From the human T2T-CHM13v2.0 reference genome, Homo sapiens, in assembly GCF_009914755.1 (NCBI RefSeq), contig NC_060928.1: 64,000 nt of DNA. The stretch is one strand, 5' to 3'. The notes beneath the pieces are model-generated. The model saw only the letters and a program-made list of their open reading frames with translations. It searched no databases and had not been told where the DNA came from. Shown piece after piece: positions 18,701-31,863 of the stretch (within the stretch, counting starts at the first letter, position 1; each line of letters opens with the position of its first letter). Position numbers and translations under genes: made by a program.

Positions 18701-18932
18701 ATACAGTATTTCTGAATATTTGAGATGTTCATATATGTCAAAGTTTGTCCATAGAACTATATTTCACATTAAAAGAGATTTTAAAAACTGATGAGTATAA
18801 TAAAATCCTAGTTGTTAAAATATTATTTTCAACTTAATGAAATAAATATAATCAGAGCACTTCTTTATACTGAAGTACATTCATTGCTCAAGCAGAGTTA
18901 GGCAAGAATTTAAAAAATAATGGATTAATACC

Positions 18933-18973
<41 letters not shown>
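18933..18973 (+). repeat. Compound microsatellite (GT)11(GA)9
   Basis: Read directly from the sequence. Confidence 0.95.
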
Positions 18974-19086
18974 CATTTGGGTGTGTGAGAGGAGGGGCCT
19001 CTCAACAATTTTGTACCCAGCCCTGTAGGTAGCAGCCATCCAGCCTATGATCACATTCAGGTAATATCTGTTGAGTGAATAAGGGT

Positions 19087-19488
19087 GGTATTAGCTTGCT
19101 AGGACTGCCAACAAAATCTCACAGAGTGGGTGGCTTAAGCAACAGAAATGTATTTTCTTACTGTTTTGGAGGCTGGAAGTCCAAGATCAAGGTATGAGCA
19201 GGGTTGGTCCTTTTGAGGCCTCTCTCACTGGCTCGCAGATGGATGGCTGCCTCCTTGCTGTGTCCTCAGGTGGTGTTTCCTCTGTGCAAGCACATAGCTG
19301 ATATCTCTTTGTGTGTCCAAATTTTCTCTTGTTATGAGAATACCAGTCAGAGTGGATTAGGGCCCACCCTTACAACTTTATTTAATAATTACTTCTTTGA
19401 ATGTCCTATCTCCAAGTACAGTCACATTTTGGGGTTAGGACATCAACAAACACATGAATTTTGAGAGGACAGAATTCAGCTCAAAATA
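19087..19488 (-). mobile_element. MLT1A/B-type MaLR solo LTR
   Basis: GGGTGGCTTAAGCAACAGAAATG...GGAGGCTGGAAGTCCAAGATCAAGG...GATTAGGGCCCACCCT...ATGAATTTTGAGAGGACAGAATTCAGC. Confidence 0.88.
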
Positions 19489-21591
19489 TAGGGGTCTATC
19501 AGTGCAACTGAGTACACTATAAGAGCTTATTAAAAATTAATTGAGCTTATTTTCTCAATGTAGTAAAGATTTTTATATTATTCAGTACTGATAAGTGAAA
19601 CAGTTTTGTCTAGTACACAGTATGGTATTATCTACTGAAAATAACTAAATTCACTTAAGTTTCTTAATGCTTGATTTAAAGTTTCCTTTGAATCTTTTGA
19701 CAACATAATAGATTCATTTCCTTTCCTCTTTTGGCTGTTTTACACAATTAAATGGAAGTTACAATGATAGATGGGTTAGATTAATTCAGTCTTCTCCTTA
19801 CCTTCACACATTACTCTAAACAAACTATGCTATTGGCAAGATGGAGCTCAATTTAAGATTGAACACTGAGCTGATAATTATTCAGTGAAAGATTAGATTC
19901 CATTAAATCTAAAGCCTGAGTCTGGTTTGTAGAAAATTGTTCCTGGGAAGCTGACTTTCACTAGGTCCTATAGTAAACACTAGGGTATGTGCTAAGATTG
20001 TTACCTTGTAACTTGTAGCTACTGGCAGGTAGGCACATTACTTGAGTTTGGAACAGTTGATGGGAATGTATAAATCCACTAGTAGAAATATAAAGGTAAT
20101 TTCCTGAAGGCTACAGTAGATCTTCACCCCAAAGAGACATTATCCTGGTAGTGAATGTTTTATGGGGCCTGGAGGCAGGGAAGCCTGACCTCTACCTCAG
20201 AGTGCTGCCAGGTCATATTTGGTGTATATAGTAAAATGTTGCAACCTGAATCCTTTACTTACATTAAAGGAACATGTAGGCTTTGCCTGACTCTCTCGGT
20301 GTCTTTCAATCCATTACATCATTCTGTTACGACCAACAGGCCTTCAGGTATTCATTTCATTCCCTATTTGTTCATCTTGATATCCACCCAACCCATAAAT
20401 TATAGGACATGAGAATTCAAATTAGTTTTTTTCTGGCTACTGCCATTTCTGAGCAAGAGAAGAGTATTGCTTTTAGAATTTCTTCAGAGAATTTATTGCT
20501 CTCTTAGGTTTGCAAAGGCCATGGGTATCCTGTATAGAACTAGCTAAGTTAGGTTAACATACTGCTATTTGGGTAAAGACTTACAAAATAGTCTGATGGT
20601 TGGTATATTTTAGATGATAGAAATTCAATGCCTTTTGGAGCTAAAGCCACTATTGTTAATAGAGTTAACATTAAAAGGGATGTCAAACCAAGCTGAATGA
20701 GAACAATGTGGTACAGTAAGTTGGAAAAATAATACAATTAAATTATTATATTTTACTTGATTACTTTGTTAAGCAGTAGAAATTGTGGGGGTAGATTATG
20801 GGATTTGTTTGAAGGATATGATACATTTCCCCAAATGAAAACATCCGTCCGCATTGATGTTTTCCATTAGTCATCTTCAGAGATGTGAATTTAACTTAAA
20901 ACAATTCACACTACTCTGATGATGATTACTTTTAAAATGATGTTTGCATTAGTTAAGTCAGAGACATCATGAGAAATGGGAGTAAAAACAGATGGCCATG
21001 ATGATGCATTTGTACTTTGAATGTTTAAAGCAGCCCCTGGTGTTTGCACAGGGATTGAGAGCAGAGTAGAAACTAAAATTGTCACAGGTTATTAACGTGC
21101 CTGACTTGGAGAGTCAACCAAAACCTTGAGTAAGTCTCATAGAAACTGCAACATTATCACGTTTCATATGATTGACATAATGTGCACTCTCCTATTATTC
21201 TGCAGGGCTGTCAAGTAAGCAGTGAGAACTCAATCCCTTTTTTTTATATTTAAGGAAAGTTTTTAGAATCATAAAACATATTGGAAAAGATCATGCTTTT
21301 GTTTACCGAGACTTGCATATCACAAACATTTTGGTTTTTAATAAGCAACAGAGTTTTCTCTGAGTATTCAGGTAGAGATATTTAAAATCCCTTTACGAAT
21401 ATTCAAACTAAGACATGAGTTCTCATTTATCATTCTTTTATTTCTTCTTAAATTTTAGTGTGTATGTATCCTGTCTTATAACCCCTAATTTAATTAGTAG
21501 TGTGGCATGGTAATGTAAATTTTAACAAGCTTCTGAAATGCTTTAAATAATTTAATTTTTTTCATATACCCATTCTTCAAATTATCCCTTA

Positions 21592-21957
<366 letters not shown>

Positions 21958-22179
21958 TCACATTTCCATTTAGTAATTCATTAGCATTTTAGCTTTATAG
22001 TTGCTTTAAAGGTCTGAGAAAATTATTGGTTTAAGATAGCATACTGATCACGTGTTGTTATGTCCTTTACCATCTCAGACCCCTGAGTTTCAAGGCTTAA
22101 AAAATGTATAAACACTCCATAATGAAGATAATGTGAGGTGACTGTTAGTGGTTGACAATTTTTGCAATTTTCTGGCAGG

Positions 22180-23700
22180 CAGAAAGCAGTTTTGAGAGAG
22201 GTATTGGAAGGTGCAGGATAGAGTGGCCAGAGTCTGGGAGGAGGTGATCTTCTTTGCTGCCTGGAGAGACTCAAGACTTAGGAATGCCAGGTATGATGAA
22301 AAGCATAAGTGAATCATGAGTTGAAAAACAAGGACATTAGAAATCTATAGACAGAGGTCGCAACAATCCTATGATTCACATGGTGAACAAGATATCTACC
22401 AGCGAACATTATTTAGGCAAAATATTGGAAGGTTCATGTCTTCAGATAAAGTGACTGCCTGGATTGAACATGGACAGCTGGTATTGAAGTTGGTGCCCAG
22501 AGCAAATACCTCAAATTCTGGAATATAGGAGTCCTTGGGCATGAGAACCAGCTCACCCCCAAAAAATCCCACCAGCACTCGGGCACACATGCCCATATAA
22601 TTAGGTTCTCATTGCCTTGTTCCTAAATATGTAAAGATAACTAAGGTTTGGCAGACATTTGAGGAAATTGAAACATAAGAAAACCTAATATAGACATTAA
22701 AAATGCCCATAAATGTACACACAGGTGTAACCACTCAGCAGGTTTTTCTTGCCTGCTGCCCAGACAGAGCCAGTTTATCAAGAGAGGGGAATTGAAAGAG
22801 AGAAAGAGTTTAAGTCACACAGAGCCAGCTGTATAGGAGACCAGAGTTTTATTGTTACTCAAATTAGTCTTTCTGAAAACTGAGAGACTGGGGTTTTTAA
22901 GGATAACATGGTGGGTAGGGGGTTGGGAAGTGGGGAGTGTTGACTGGTCCGGTTGGAGATGAAATCATAGGGAGTTGAAGCCTCTTGCACTAAGTCAGTT
23001 CCTGTGTGGGGGCCACAAGACCAGATGAGCCAGTTTATTGATCTGGGTGACACTAGCTGATCTGAGTGCAGGGTCTGAAAAATATCGTAAGCACCAATTT
23101 TAGGTTTTACAATATGATATTACCCCTAGGAGCAGATAGCAAGGTTTCAAATCTTGAGGCCTCTAGCTGTGCAACTCCTAAGCCATAATTTCTAATCTTC
23201 TGGCTAATTTCTTAGGCTTTCAAAGGCAGTCTGGTCCCCAGGCAAGAAGGGGGTTTGTTTCAGGAAAGGGCTCTTATCATTTTTGTTTCAAAGTTAAACT
23301 ATAAACTAAGTTCCTCCCAAAATTAGTTTCGCCTACACCCAGGAATGAACAAGGTTAAAACCAAGATGGATTCAGTTAGGTCAGGTCTCTTTCACTGTCA
23401 TAATTTTCTCACTGTTATAATTTTAGTCAAGGCAGTTTCACGGGCACAAATGAAACAGATACTTATTCGAATTATATAGGAATTTTTGCATACATATTAA
23501 TAAACTCCCTCCACTCCACTCCTTACTTTTACATTTTATTTGATATTCTTAAAAACTAGGACAGAATACTATGCCAAAGCAATACTTTGAGAGCAAGAAT
23601 GAGCACACAAGGATTTATAAAAAGATAGATGGAATGAAGAGATTCAAAAGTAAGAACAGTGAAGTTGAAGATAATTTGTAGAGAGTGAAAAAAAAAAGAT
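22180..23700 (+). mobile_element. Possible ancient L1ME/HAL1 5' or ORF1 relic, split by LTR8
   Basis: A-rich strand; CAGACATTTGAGGAAA motif common in L1M 5' regions; very degenerate. Confidence 0.3.
22726..23440 (-). mobile_element. LTR8/LTR8A solo LTR (ERV1)
   Basis: TG...CA termini; minus strand starts TGAAACTGCCTTGAC...ATTATAACAGTGAGAAAATTATGACAGTGAAAGAG; TSD CAGG/CGGG. Confidence 0.88.
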
Positions 23701-23861
23701 ATTGAGTGACCTATTTCATTTTGTAGCATGTAGCTCAAGAGACCATGTATCTTCTTAAAATACCTTTAAGGTTTTCAAGTTAATATTTTCAGATAAGAAT
23801 TTTGGCAGTCACCAGTTTATAATATTCAATGACTCACATGTTAATAAATTATGCTCTTCCC

Positions 23862-25035
23862 ATTCATTATCTAGTGTTGATTGAGCACCTACTGTATATC
23901 TGTCATTAAGCACCAAGGAATACAGTAGTGATCAAAACATACAAAAAATCCATGTATCCACAGAGCTTATGTTTTAGTTGGGGAAGGTAGACAATAAAGA
24001 AATAAAAAAAAAGATATGCTATGATAGATGGTCATAAATTCTTTGAAGAAAAATAAAGCAGGAAAAGGAGATAAGGTGATGCTAGGGTGGGGTTGTAGTT
24101 TTAAAGAGGATGATCAAGAAAGGCCTTATTTAGAAGATGACATTTGAGCAAAAAGCTTAATGAACTAAGGTAGCAAGCCATGAGATAGTTAGGAAAAGCC
24201 AAACCCCATGCTTGGACACAGCAAGGAGGTGAGTGTGGCTGGAGTGGGATGATTTAAAGAAAATGAGGCCAGAGAAATAAAGGGAGTGGAGCAGCTTCAT
24301 GGCAAGACATAATGTACCTTTCACTTTTGAGATATGAAGACATTAGAGGGCTTTGCTCAGAGGAGTGTCCAGATATCTGATATAAAGGGATCTCCCTCTG
24401 GCTATAATAAGAATAGTTTGTAGTGAGAACAAGAAGGCAAGCAGGGAGAGCAGCGAGAGGCTTTGTAATAAGCCAAGCAAGGGGAAGTTCTGCTTGGACT
24501 AGGATGATAACAGTGGTGGAAGTGCTGAGGGATGTCTGGGTTCTGGGTATATTTTGAAGATAGAACAGGAAGAATTTTCTGATGGTTTGAATATGAGATA
24601 TGAGGAAGAAGATGACTCAAGGATGACTTTGGTTTTACCTGAGTACATAGAGAATGAAATAGACCATAAGAGAAGGATACATGGAGGATTGGAATCTGGA
24701 GTTTGTATTTTAGATGTAGCAAGTTTGAGATACCATGAAGAAATCCAAGTAAAGATGTAGAGGGCAGTTGGATAACCATGTTGGAGTTCAGTGGAGAGGT
24801 CTGGGTTGGAGACATTAATCTGTGACTCATGCATGTAATCATGTAAATGAATAAAATAGAAAAGAGTTCCAAGGAATGAGTCCTGCAACACTCCAATGCA
24901 TAGAAGTTTGACAGATGAGGAAGAGCTAACTGGCAGAGCTAGAGATGGTTTAGCCAGGAAGACAAAGGCTACGGTGTTGTGGATACCAACAGAGGAAAGT
25001 ATTTTGAGGAAGAGGAGATCAGTCATTCCAAATGC
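23862..25035 (-). mobile_element. L2 LINE fragment including the RT C-terminal region
   Basis: TTGAGCACCTACTGTATA 3' end; translation GVLQDSFLGTLF...SQINVSNPDLSTELQ resembles L2 RT. Confidence 0.88.
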
Positions 25036-25789
25036 TTTTTTTTTTTTTTAACGCAGATGTTTTTGTCTGCAAATAGGTAGTGGTAATATTTATATTATTA
25101 AAGAGACCATGAGAACATGTAAAAATGGAAGACTTTTACAGCACAAGTAGTTTGCATTATGCCAAAATGTAGCCACTTCAAATACAACTTTGAAGTAGGG
25201 TATAAATAAACTATTCCATTAACCACTAAATTGAAGGACAAGAATTACAACAATTGATGATCCGCAGGCAGCGTTTTCCACAACAAAAAAATCATATGGG
25301 AAGTTGAATAAGTATCTTTGTTATTAGCCTACGTCCTAATAACATCAACTTGAAATTATTATTGAGCCATGTTGGAAAGTTATTTTTGGTAATTTCCTTA
25401 AGTGGGGAAGAGAGTCAAATAGGTTATCATGTTATGTTATGGAGGGTGAGGCCATGTGCCACAGATTCTGTGCTTTGGATGTGTCACAGGAGCAGCCCTC
25501 AGCTTCCATGGCCCATGTGAATGGAGGCAAGAAATGCCATTCATCTGTGACTTTTAGAAGACACCGGAACAAATTTATGTGTAAAAGATCTATTTGATAC
25601 TTTCATCTCTCTCATTCTTCCCATTGATTCCTAATCTATTGCTATAAAATCCAAGGTTGGTAGTCAGAGTTTCTCTCCTGAGCCAACACTATTTTGCCTG
25701 TTTCTTCTTGACCTTGGAGCATTTTAAGATGTTTTTCGGGACTTCTATAACCACATGCTACTGTAGCATTCATTTTTCATGGGATGCTC

Positions 25790-26150
25790 CATGCAGTTCG
25801 TTTGCTGTAACTGAAACTAGCTGTCCCCCAACCCCCTCTGCCAAGGATATAATTTTTCTAGGAGCCATCTACAATAGAGACTACTTATTTATCCATGTTT
25901 TGCCGGGCTTGTAGCTCACTGTTGATTTTCTGAAACGTTACTTCTGCATTTTCCAGTAAAAATCTGCCTTCTACTTTGAGACTTAACTCCCGACGTCCAT
26001 TTCTATCCTGTGGCATATTAATCCATCTCTTGTTTTTGTCAAGAACTTTGGCACCTGGATCTTAGTTTTACTTGTCACTCTCAGTGCTGTCATCCTTCAC
26101 CATTTTTTTGATTCTCACAGCTCTGAATGCTCAGTTTTTAGCCCGTTTAT
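25790..26150 (+). mobile_element. Degenerate L2 fragment
   Basis: GCTGTAACTGAAAC and AAGAACTTTGGCACCTGG resemble the L2 endonuclease region. Confidence 0.4.
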
Positions 26151-26355
26151 ACTCCAGAAAAAAAAGAAAGAGAGACTCAGGGAAAAATGGAAAAACAATA
26201 GCTCTTCATGGAAAGGAAAAGGATCAATAACAAATGGGCGCCCCCAAAATTCAAGAGTCACATGAATATACATTTAAAACAAATAATTCAAACTAATTTT
26301 TACAAATGTTTCTTTTTCTTCCTGAGTTAAAGGAGTTATATCTTGAAGAATCTAG

Positions 26356-26419
26356 TTCCGTGTCTGGGAATGGAACCCAGGCTGCGGCGCATGCCAAATG
26401 CCAGCTACTGGACTACAGG
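26356..26419 (-). pseudogene. Degenerate tRNA-Glu-derived sequence
   Basis: TTCCGTGTCTGGGAATGGAACCCAGGCTGCGGCG...AGCTACTGGACTAC matches the reverse complement of tRNA-Glu (TTCCCTGACCGGGAATCGAACCCGGGCCGCGGCG...AGCCACTAGACCAC); anticodon region is disrupted. Confidence 0.6.
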
Positions 26420-27011
26420 CTGGAGTGCCTTTTTGCAAATCCCACAGGGGATCCAAGGCAGGCAATATGAGTGTACAAAGGTTTTTAACTTTTAAAAAAA
26501 TCTTATTTCTGAAAAAATCTTTTTTCTGCCTTTTTAAAAAAATCTCACCAAGGGAGCTTCTAAGGCTGTATTCTTTGTGTATTTTTTATATTTATAAGAT
26601 GGTTGTTTAAGACAAGAGCTCTCTAAAACATTTTCTTTTAAATATAGCCAATTTATTTATTTTATTAGTGATTCAAGCCAAATAAGACTTCTGCATGGAA
26701 AGTCCCAAAAGTAACTTTCCAGGTTTAGAATACTATGGATGTGACATTTTAAAAATGGGCACAGAAGATGCAGCCTTCCCCTCCAGGATCTCCCCAAAAA
26801 TTCAATCCCAGAAATAGGCTAAAATAGCAAGGTTTCGAATGCCCCAGACCATTAAGGATGCAGTTTGTTTGTTCAGGGTCTTCAGTATCCCAATAACAGA
26901 TCTGTTCATCTATGGCACTGAGTAGGCCCTCCTGGGATTGAACTTTCCCAGGACTAAAACCAGGCAGCAAGCCTGGTTGAGACAATTAAAGCTCTTTGCG
27001 GATGGGACTTC

Positions 27012-27341
<330 letters not shown>

Positions 27342-27375
27342 AGGCTTCTTATGAAGACAAACTCTCCCAAGTGCT

Positions 27376-27702
27376 AGCAGGCCTCTGCACATGCAGACAG
27401 CCCACCCCAAGGGAAGAATCAGGGGAGAAGGGATGCAAGATGCCGGAAGTATGCCAACATGTAAAACCTCACATCAAAGGTCAAACAGTGCACTTGATGT
27501 CTCAAGTCACCCACTTGTTCTCTTCCAAGTGTACTTTACTTCCTTTCATTCCTTCTCTAAAGCTTTTTAATAAACTTTCACTCCTGCTCTAAAATTTGCC
27601 TTGGTCTCTCCTTCTGCCTTATGCCCCTCAGTCAAATTCTTTCTTCTGACGAGGCAAGAATTCAGGTTGCTGTAGACCTGTACAAATTCACTGCCACTAA
27701 CA
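27376..27702 (+). mobile_element. MER50-like LTR, 3' part only
   Basis: AATAAACTTTCACTCCTGCTCTAAAA...GAGGCAAGAATTCAGGTTGCTGTAGACC...CTAACA end. Confidence 0.75.
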
Positions 27703-27901
27703 ATATTAAACTTAATGAAGAAAAAAAACAGAAAAACTGATTTTTACCATCAGCTCAACCAGATTCCACAACCAGACATCTGGAAATCTAACTGGTATGA
27801 AATTCTTACCCTTCTGCCAGCTTGTTAGGTCCAGAGTTCCCTTGACTGTGGCTTCCAAAAGAGCAGGGTGGTTGTGATTGTGTTGCTCACAGCACCAAAA
27901 C

Positions 27902-28490
27902 TGTAGAGGCCAAGGAAAAACTTCCCTTTTGCCCTCTGAAGGTTCACTGAAAATCAGCTGACAAAAGGCAGGTTAATAGAAAAAGCCATAAAATTTATTA
28001 ATATGCAAGGGTGTGTATGGAAGTTATACAAAATATGAAAATTTAAAGAACCAGATGGTTGATGTTTTTATACCATCTTGAGGTTACAGAAAGAATAGGG
28101 GCTTGAAGCATGGCAAGACAAGTGATGTGAGAGAGAGAAGAAGAGAGGCCTTAGCTGGCAAAGGCAGTTTTGTTATGCAGATGAAACCTCACAGGTAGCA
28201 GTGCTCAGAAAGTAAGTTTCTGTCAGACTCCTGAAAGTGTCAGACTCTCATTCTCTCTCTTCCACAAGCCAATCTTTCCTATATCTGGACACTGGAGTTT
28301 GGGGTAGGAGGGGTAGGGGGAGCCGGTGTGCCAGGGAAAGCTTGGCTGTTTATTTCACCAATGCAGATTTTTCTCTACAGATGCAAATCTTCACAAAAGG
28401 CAACCTTTTAGCTATTCTTGTGTTTTTAGACTCTAAATAGCTATCTTGAAATATGTCAAACAAATATTATATATTTTGGGGTGAAATTTT
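27902..28490 (-). mobile_element. MER34-like ERV1 LTR (5' LTR of the minus-strand provirus)
   Basis: TGTAGAGGCCAAGGAAAAACTTCCCTTTTGCCCTCTGAAGG...TATATTTTGGGGTGAAAT. Confidence 0.7.
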
Positions 28491-28499
28491 TTTAAAGTT

Positions 28500-28750
28500 A
28501 TATGTGCTATCAACCTCTGGCCAGACCCTGCACTTTCTCCCCTCATCTGCTGAATGACAGCACCCAAAATGTTCATGAAAGTTGCATGCTGAAGATGGCC
28601 AAAACTTCACTAATGGCTTCCTAACTGCCTTCATGGAATCAATCCGATTACTAGTTGATGATTTTTTTATGCGTAAGAAATAATATTCTGTTGTGTTTAA
28701 CCACTGATATTTCTAAGTTTGTTAGTGTAGCTAGTGTTATTGTAACCAAA
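28500..28750 (+). mobile_element. Old MLT1 LTR 3' fragment
   Basis: GTAAGAAATAATATTCTGTTGTGTTTAACCACTGA...TTTGTTAGTGTAGC, an MLT1 end motif. Confidence 0.5.
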
Positions 28751-28859
28751 GATAAATCCAATTCTTTGCCTTTTCTCTTTCATACTTGGTTTGCCATTGA
28801 ATATAAGGAGAAATTCACACGATTATGTGGATTTGTCCCAAAATCTACCACCTTCAACT

Positions 28860-29769
28860 TGCCAAAGAAAAAAGTCAAACTCTGTAAAATATTTGAAGAG
28901 ACTTATTCTGAGCCAAATATGAATGACCAATGGCTCATAACACAGCCCCAGGAAATCCTGACAATATGTGCCCAAGGTGGTCAGGCTACAGCTTGATTTT
29001 ATACATTTTAGGGAGACATATGGCATCAATTAATGCATGTAAGATGTACATTGGTTTGATCCAGAAAGGTGGGAAGGGCTACCAGGTCATAGGTAGATTC
29101 AAAGATTTTCTGATGGGCAATTGGTTGAAAGAGTTATTATCTAAAGACCCGGAATCAACAGAAAGGAATGTCTAGGTTAATATAAGGGGGTGTGGAGACT
29201 GAAATTTTGGTCTTTTCATGCAGATGAAGCCTCCAGGTAGCAGGCGTTAGAGCTCTTAGCAGAACTAAAAAGATACCAGACTCTTAGTTAATTCTCTCTT
29301 GGATCAAAGAAGAGACCTGGAAAAAGAAAGGAGGTTCTCTACAGAACGTAGATTTTCCCCACAAGAGACAGCTTTACAGGGCCATTTCAAAATATGTCAA
29401 AGAAATATATTTTGGGATAAAATACTTAGATTTCTTTCAGGGTCTGCTGTCTGGATATGTCAAAGAAATATATTTTGGGCAAAATATATTGGGGTAAAAT
29501 ACTTAGATTTCTTTCAGGGCCTGCTGTCTGTCATGTTGGTATCTTACTGCTAAGGAGTGTTTGGTCAGCCTTAAGGTCTCTGTTTTAGTGTTAATTGCTG
29601 GTCATCTGCGCCTGAATTCCCAAGGGAGGAATGTATAATGAGGCATGTCTGAGCACCCATTCCCATTATGGCCTGAACTAGTTTTTCAGGTTTACTTTAG
29701 AATGCCCTTGGCTAAGGGAGTGGTCCATTCAGTTGGTTGAGGTGCTTAGAATGTTATTTTTGGTTTACA
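28860..29769 (-). mobile_element. MER4D-like solo LTR (ERV1)
   Basis: Minus strand starts TGTAAACCAAAAATAACATTCTAAGC; perfect 4-bp TSD AACT (28856-28859 / 29770-29773). Confidence 0.88.
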
Positions 29770-29849
29770 AACTTTAGGTGGTTTACCAGTTATATTCAGG
29801 GATCATCCTGTATTTCATAATGCTTCATTTTCTCATTTTCTTCAATTAT

Positions 29850-30900
29850 TATTTTGCACTTCACTATGAACTTCCTCACTTGGACATATGGATTTGCATC
29901 CTATATCACAGAATTAGAAAAGACCTTGAAGTATGAACTTCCTCAAACTCCTGCCCACTTCCCTCCATCTATAAACATGTCTGTGTTCATCATGACCACT
30001 TTACCCCAGTTCCATGGAGGAACTCATTCTCCTTCTTCTTGAGGCTTATGACTCCGCTTGGATTCTAATCTCATTTACCAATCTAAATCCTTTGGCCATC
30101 CTGGGATTCCCAAAGGGCAGTAACCATGCTAATTTAATCCAACCTTGGATCCCCAACACTTAGTGCAGTACAAGACAAATGGGCATTCAAAACCATAGTC
30201 TCAAATGAGAAGATAAATGCGTTTTCTCTCTTGTATTTTCAACATCTTCCTTTTCACTGACACTTTCCCCTTAGTATATAGTCAGTCAATTCTCTTCTTA
30301 TTAAAAAATAAATGAAGTAAATAAACCTCCCTCTACCTTTATACTCCTCTAGCTCCTGCTGTATTTATCTTCCTTTCATGAGCAACCATTCTGGCGGAGC
30401 AGACTATAGTAATCTACTCCTCTACCCACCACAGCTAGACTTATGTCCCCATTGCCCCACTAAGCTGTTCTTGCTAACGTCAACAAAGACTTTGTAGTTA
30501 ATAAAAAGCTAAACCAGCACTCCTCAGGTCTTTCTCTGACAAATACAATTTTGTTGTCACTCCCCACCTCCACCCCAATATGTTTCTCTGACACAGAGTT
30601 TGGGTTTTATCTCCCTATCCCTTCCCCACCCCCATCTATTTGCCTATTAATTGCTAGTCATACTCATTTGCTTTCTTATGTCTTCATAGATTCTAAGTGA
30701 TCTCATCCCACCCTTGCTTTTCCAATTTACAACAGCTCAAACCTCTGCCCAGCTTCAGATCTGTTTACCAAACCACGTGATCCAGAGATGGGTGATCTGG
30801 AGATGCTTCAAATTCAACATGTCCCAAAGGGCCCTCATTAGTCTATTACTCAGCAAAACTTCTTCCTCTTTCTAGTTTTTTTCCTCAATGAATGACAAAG
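29850..30900 (+). mobile_element. Degenerate L2 fragments
   Basis: Pyrimidine-rich; CTTCAAATTCAACATGTCCCAAA and AAGCTGTTCTTGCTAACGTCAACAAAGAC are L2 ORF2 motifs. Confidence 0.55.
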
Positions 30901-31516
30901 TCCTAATAACAGCATATATAGGAAATTTTAGGGGATTTTTAAAAAAAATCATATTACTTCAGTCTAGAATATTGGAGAATGAGATAGTAAGGGCAGGACA
31001 GGAGAAGTTGACCCCTCAAGACAACAGAATCAGGACTAGATGAATACCCAAATGAAACTGAAAGTAGAATGAGAACTATGAACATCGTCTTGTTTTGTAG
31101 TTGCAAATATTTGAAAAGAAATTGCCTGCTTCCCCAAAACAGTGATTGGGGCAGAAGAAAACTCTAAAACCTGTTTCTGGGCAACATTCAATCAAATAAA
31201 ATGATTTTTTTTTTTAATTTTAATGTCTTTTTAACACAAGACTTATTAAAACTTTTATAAAACAAAGGAAACATCAGCCTAAACACTCAAGAAGAGAAAT
31301 ACTTTAAAAATCACCTATAGCAAATGGCTATTTTAAAAAACACTACATGAGAATGAGTCAGTTAAGAATGAATGCTGCAAAATTACACAAAGAAAGAACA
31401 TATCATCAAAGGATCCTCTGTGAAGAATTTTATGAACAAAAAATGATATTAATGTGATTACATATAAATATTTAGTTGAAATGATCCTAGGTCCTTCTAG
31501 TTCTTCATATATTATA

Positions 31517-31863
31517 TGTATTAGTCTGTTTGGGCTGCCGTAACAAAATACTACACAGTCTGGGTAACTTAAATAACAGACTTATTTTTATACAGTTCTG
31601 GTGCATAGACGTCCAAGTTCATGGTGCAGTTAGGGTTCGTTTTTGGTGACACCTTCTTCCTGGCTTGTAGATGGCTGCCTTCTTGCTGTGACCTCACATG
31701 GTCTCTTCTAAAATTGGTACCAGTCTTATCAGATTCGGGTCCCAACCTTATGACCTTATTTAACCATAATTTCCTCCCTAAAGGCCCTATCTCTAAATAA
31801 GGTCACATTGGTGGTTAGAGCTTCAACCTATGAATTTTGGGGCCCACAATTCAGTCCATAACA
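31517..31863 (-). mobile_element. MLT1A/B-type solo LTR
   Basis: TG...CA termini; perfect 5-bp TSD TTATA (31512-31516 / 31864-31868). Confidence 0.9.

Noticed and set aside
26356-26419. Functional tRNA gene
   Set aside because: The anticodon arm is disrupted and the stems mismatched; kept only as a relic.
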